From Vicinamibacteria bacterium (GTDB taxonomy: Bacteria > Acidobacteriota > Vicinamibacteria > Vicinamibacterales > CAVVIG01): a stretch of DNA of 57,911 nucleotides. The stretch is from contig JBGPKK010000006.1 of NCBI GenBank assembly GCA_041485905.1, forward strand, positions 1 through 57,911, given 5' to 3'. The position numbers were made by a program, and so were the translations under genes. Under the pieces are notes generated by a model. The model made no database searches and had not been told where the DNA came from. It saw only the letters and a program-made list of their open reading frames with translations. This document shows, piece after piece, positions 56,333-57,911 of this stretch (position 1 is the stretch's first letter; every line of letters begins with the position of its first letter).

Positions 56333-56384
56333 CTTAACTTCTAACTTCTAACTTCTAACTTCTAACTTCTAACTTCCGACTTCC
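56333..56384. repeat. Heptamer tandem (TAACTTC)x6
   Basis: Six perfect copies plus a degenerate one; overlaps the stop of 56369-56821. Confidence 0.85.
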
Positions 56385-56821
56385 CGAGGCCCCGAAGGGG
56401 CCGAGGGCCGTCCCCCGCCGCGGTAGTACTCGTTCTGATATCGGTCGATGAGGGCCTTCATCTTGACGGCGTCGCCCTTGCGATGCCCGTGGCACCGGAT
56501 CGGATCGGTGCCGCCCGTTGTCTCGATCAGCACGTCGGACAACACCAGCTTCGTGTCGATCTTCACCGACGCGACGTGCGCCAGATGAATCGATTCTTCC
56601 TGCCGGCCAATCCAGCGCGGCGTGTACTGCACGACGCTTTCAGGCGAGATCAGCACCTGCGTCGGAAACAGATGATTGCCCGAGCTCAGGCGGCTCGCGC
56701 GAAACACGTCCCCGGCGGCAAAGGGGCGGCCTTTGCGCCACACGATCCACGCGAGGATGCCGACGATGGCCAGAGCGGTGACGACCGTTGGGACGACCCA
56801 GCTCGGATAGCTACTCATCAC
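56369..56821 (-). CDS. Membrane-anchored protein with bacterial PH-like domain
   Basis: One TM; FRASRL..GNHLFP, VASVKIDT, IETTGG. Confidence 0.7.
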   Translation of the reverse strand: MMSSYPSWVVPTVVTALAIVGILAWIVWRKGRPFAAGDVFRASRLSSGNHLFPTQVLISPESVVQYTPRWIGRQEESIHLAHVASVKIDTKLVLSDVLIETTGGTDPIRCHGHRKGDAVKMKALIDRYQNEYYRGGGRPSAPSGPREVGS

Positions 56822-56861
56822 CGCAGATGTTAAGCTATTTCACCTTCTAAGGAGATTCCCG

Positions 56862-57911
56862 TTGCCGTATCGCGCTCCCGGGTCGTCGGGTAAGTCCCGC
56901 CAGCAGTTCCTGAGCGGCAAACCGATTCGCTATTATCGGCCCCGCGGCAGCGCCGACATCCGTCATCTCATCGACGAAGGATTTCAGGCGTTCAACGCCG
57001 GCCGCCTGTCGGAAGCGTGCCAGATTTTCGCCGATAAGATGCTGGCGCCGGAAAACGACACCACGATCGGCCTGACCATCGCCGGAGCGCTGACGCCGGC
57101 CGGGCTGGGCGGCTGCGTGATCGAAATGATGGACCGCGGGCTCGTCGACTTCATCATCTCGACGGGGGCGAACCTCTATCACGACCTGCACTACGCGCTG
57201 AATTTTACGCTGCGGCGCGGGTCGCCCTTCGTCAACGACGTCGAGCTGTACGAACAGGGGATCATCCGCATCTACGACGTCCTGTTCCCGGCGGACGTGC
57301 TGCTCGAAACCGACGCCTACGTCCGCGACTTCATCGTCCGATCCGGCCTGAACGCTCCAACCTCGACGTCAGAATTCCATTATCGCCTCGGCCGCGATCT
57401 GCTCGAACGCTATCCCGGGTGTGAGGAACATTCCCTCGTCGCGCGTGCGGCGGTGGCCGGCGTGCCGATTTACACCTCGTCGCCCGGCGACAGCTCGATC
57501 GGCATGAACATCGCCTATCACGAGCTGATGAACGACAGCCATTTCATGATCGATCCCAACAAGGACGTCAACGAAGTATGCGCCATCGTGCTGGCCGGCA
57601 AGCAGAATGGCTGCGTCATTCTCGGCGGCGGATCGCCGAAGAACTTCTACCTGCAGGCGCAGCCGACCCTGTGGGAGGTCTACGGTATCCCCAAGGGCGG
57701 CAACGACTACTTCATCCAGATCACCACCGATTCGGTGGTCTGGGGCGGGCTCTCCGGCGCGACGCCCGCTGAAGCCGTGAGCTGGGGCAAAGTGAATCCC
57801 GGCGTCTTGTCCGACACCGTCGTCGCATACAGCGACTCGACGATCGCGTTTCCGCTGTTTTGCGAGTACGCGGTGGGATCGCCCAACGGCCGGCGGCCCC
57901 GCAAGGAGCTC
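56862..57911 (+). CDS. Deoxyhypusine synthase-like (homospermidine synthesis) protein; 3' end runs off the window
   Basis: Not in ORF track. AAGGAG then TTG 56862; AFNAGRL, AGALTPAG, STGANLYHD, SPGDSSIG, GGGSPKNF, GGLSGATPAEAVSWGKV. Confidence 0.92.
   Translation, partial: MPYRAPGSSGKSRQQFLSGKPIRYYRPRGSADIRHLIDEGFQAFNAGRLSEACQIFADKMLAPENDTTIGLTIAGALTPAGLGGCVIEMMDRGLVDFIISTGANLYHDLHYALNFTLRRGSPFVNDVELYEQGIIRIYDVLFPADVLLETDAYVRDFIVRSGLNAPTSTSEFHYRLGRDLLERYPGCEEHSLVARAAVAGVPIYTSSPGDSSIGMNIAYHELMNDSHFMIDPNKDVNEVCAIVLAGKQNGCVILGGGSPKNFYLQAQPTLWEVYGIPKGGNDYFIQITTDSVVWGGLSGATPAEAVSWGKVNPGVLSDTVVAYSDSTIAFPLFCEYAVGSPNGRRPRKEL

Noticed and set aside
2227-56337. Many long antisense or alternate-frame ORFs (e.g. 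2227-3666, 7627-9657, 9704-11314, 34766-36436, 44661-46043, 55150-56337)
   Set aside because: Shadow ORFs expected in high-GC DNA; Arg/Ala/Pro-rich, no motifs, overlapping well-supported genes

Overview
High-GC bacterial chromosomal window. Gene content (acidobacterial VWA proteins, sulfatase-TPR proteins, HD-GYP/GAF/GGDEF protein) and repeat families suggest Acidobacteriota, probably Vicinamibacterales; this assignment is inference. From left to right: (1) a tightly coupled minus-strand cluster of exported VWA, Thr-type sulfatase-like and TPR proteins; (2) heme A/heme O synthesis genes plus a cupredoxin-like lipoprotein; (3) an M23 peptidase, tRNA-Glu(CTC) and a five-gene GT2/methyltransferase/membrane-glycosyltransferase cassette; (4) an MscS-cNMP channel; (5) an A-type cytochrome c oxidase operon; (6) proline racemase-like, ggt, cyaY, VWA, a decayed serine hydrolase, FTR1 with a Fur-like box, and an acyltransferase; (7) an orphan DGQHR protein ahead of rfbBAC; (8) pxpA and an acyl-CoA ligase; (9) a complete divergent arginine cluster; (10) fabI, an HD-GYP/GGDEF protein, a sigma-54 activator and a truncated deoxyhypusine-synthase-like gene. 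No CRISPR array, integrase or transposase was seen. The most unusual signals lie outside ordinary gene calls: a palindromic element family inserted in frame inside CtaA and the proline racemase, GTAG-type REPs (some coding), about ten inverted 7-9-mer tandem arrays, a TTAA-flanked MITE, and an apparent sigma-54/IHF-driven small RNA gene of about 100 nt before pxpA. All calls come from reading the sequence by eye; no database search was run.
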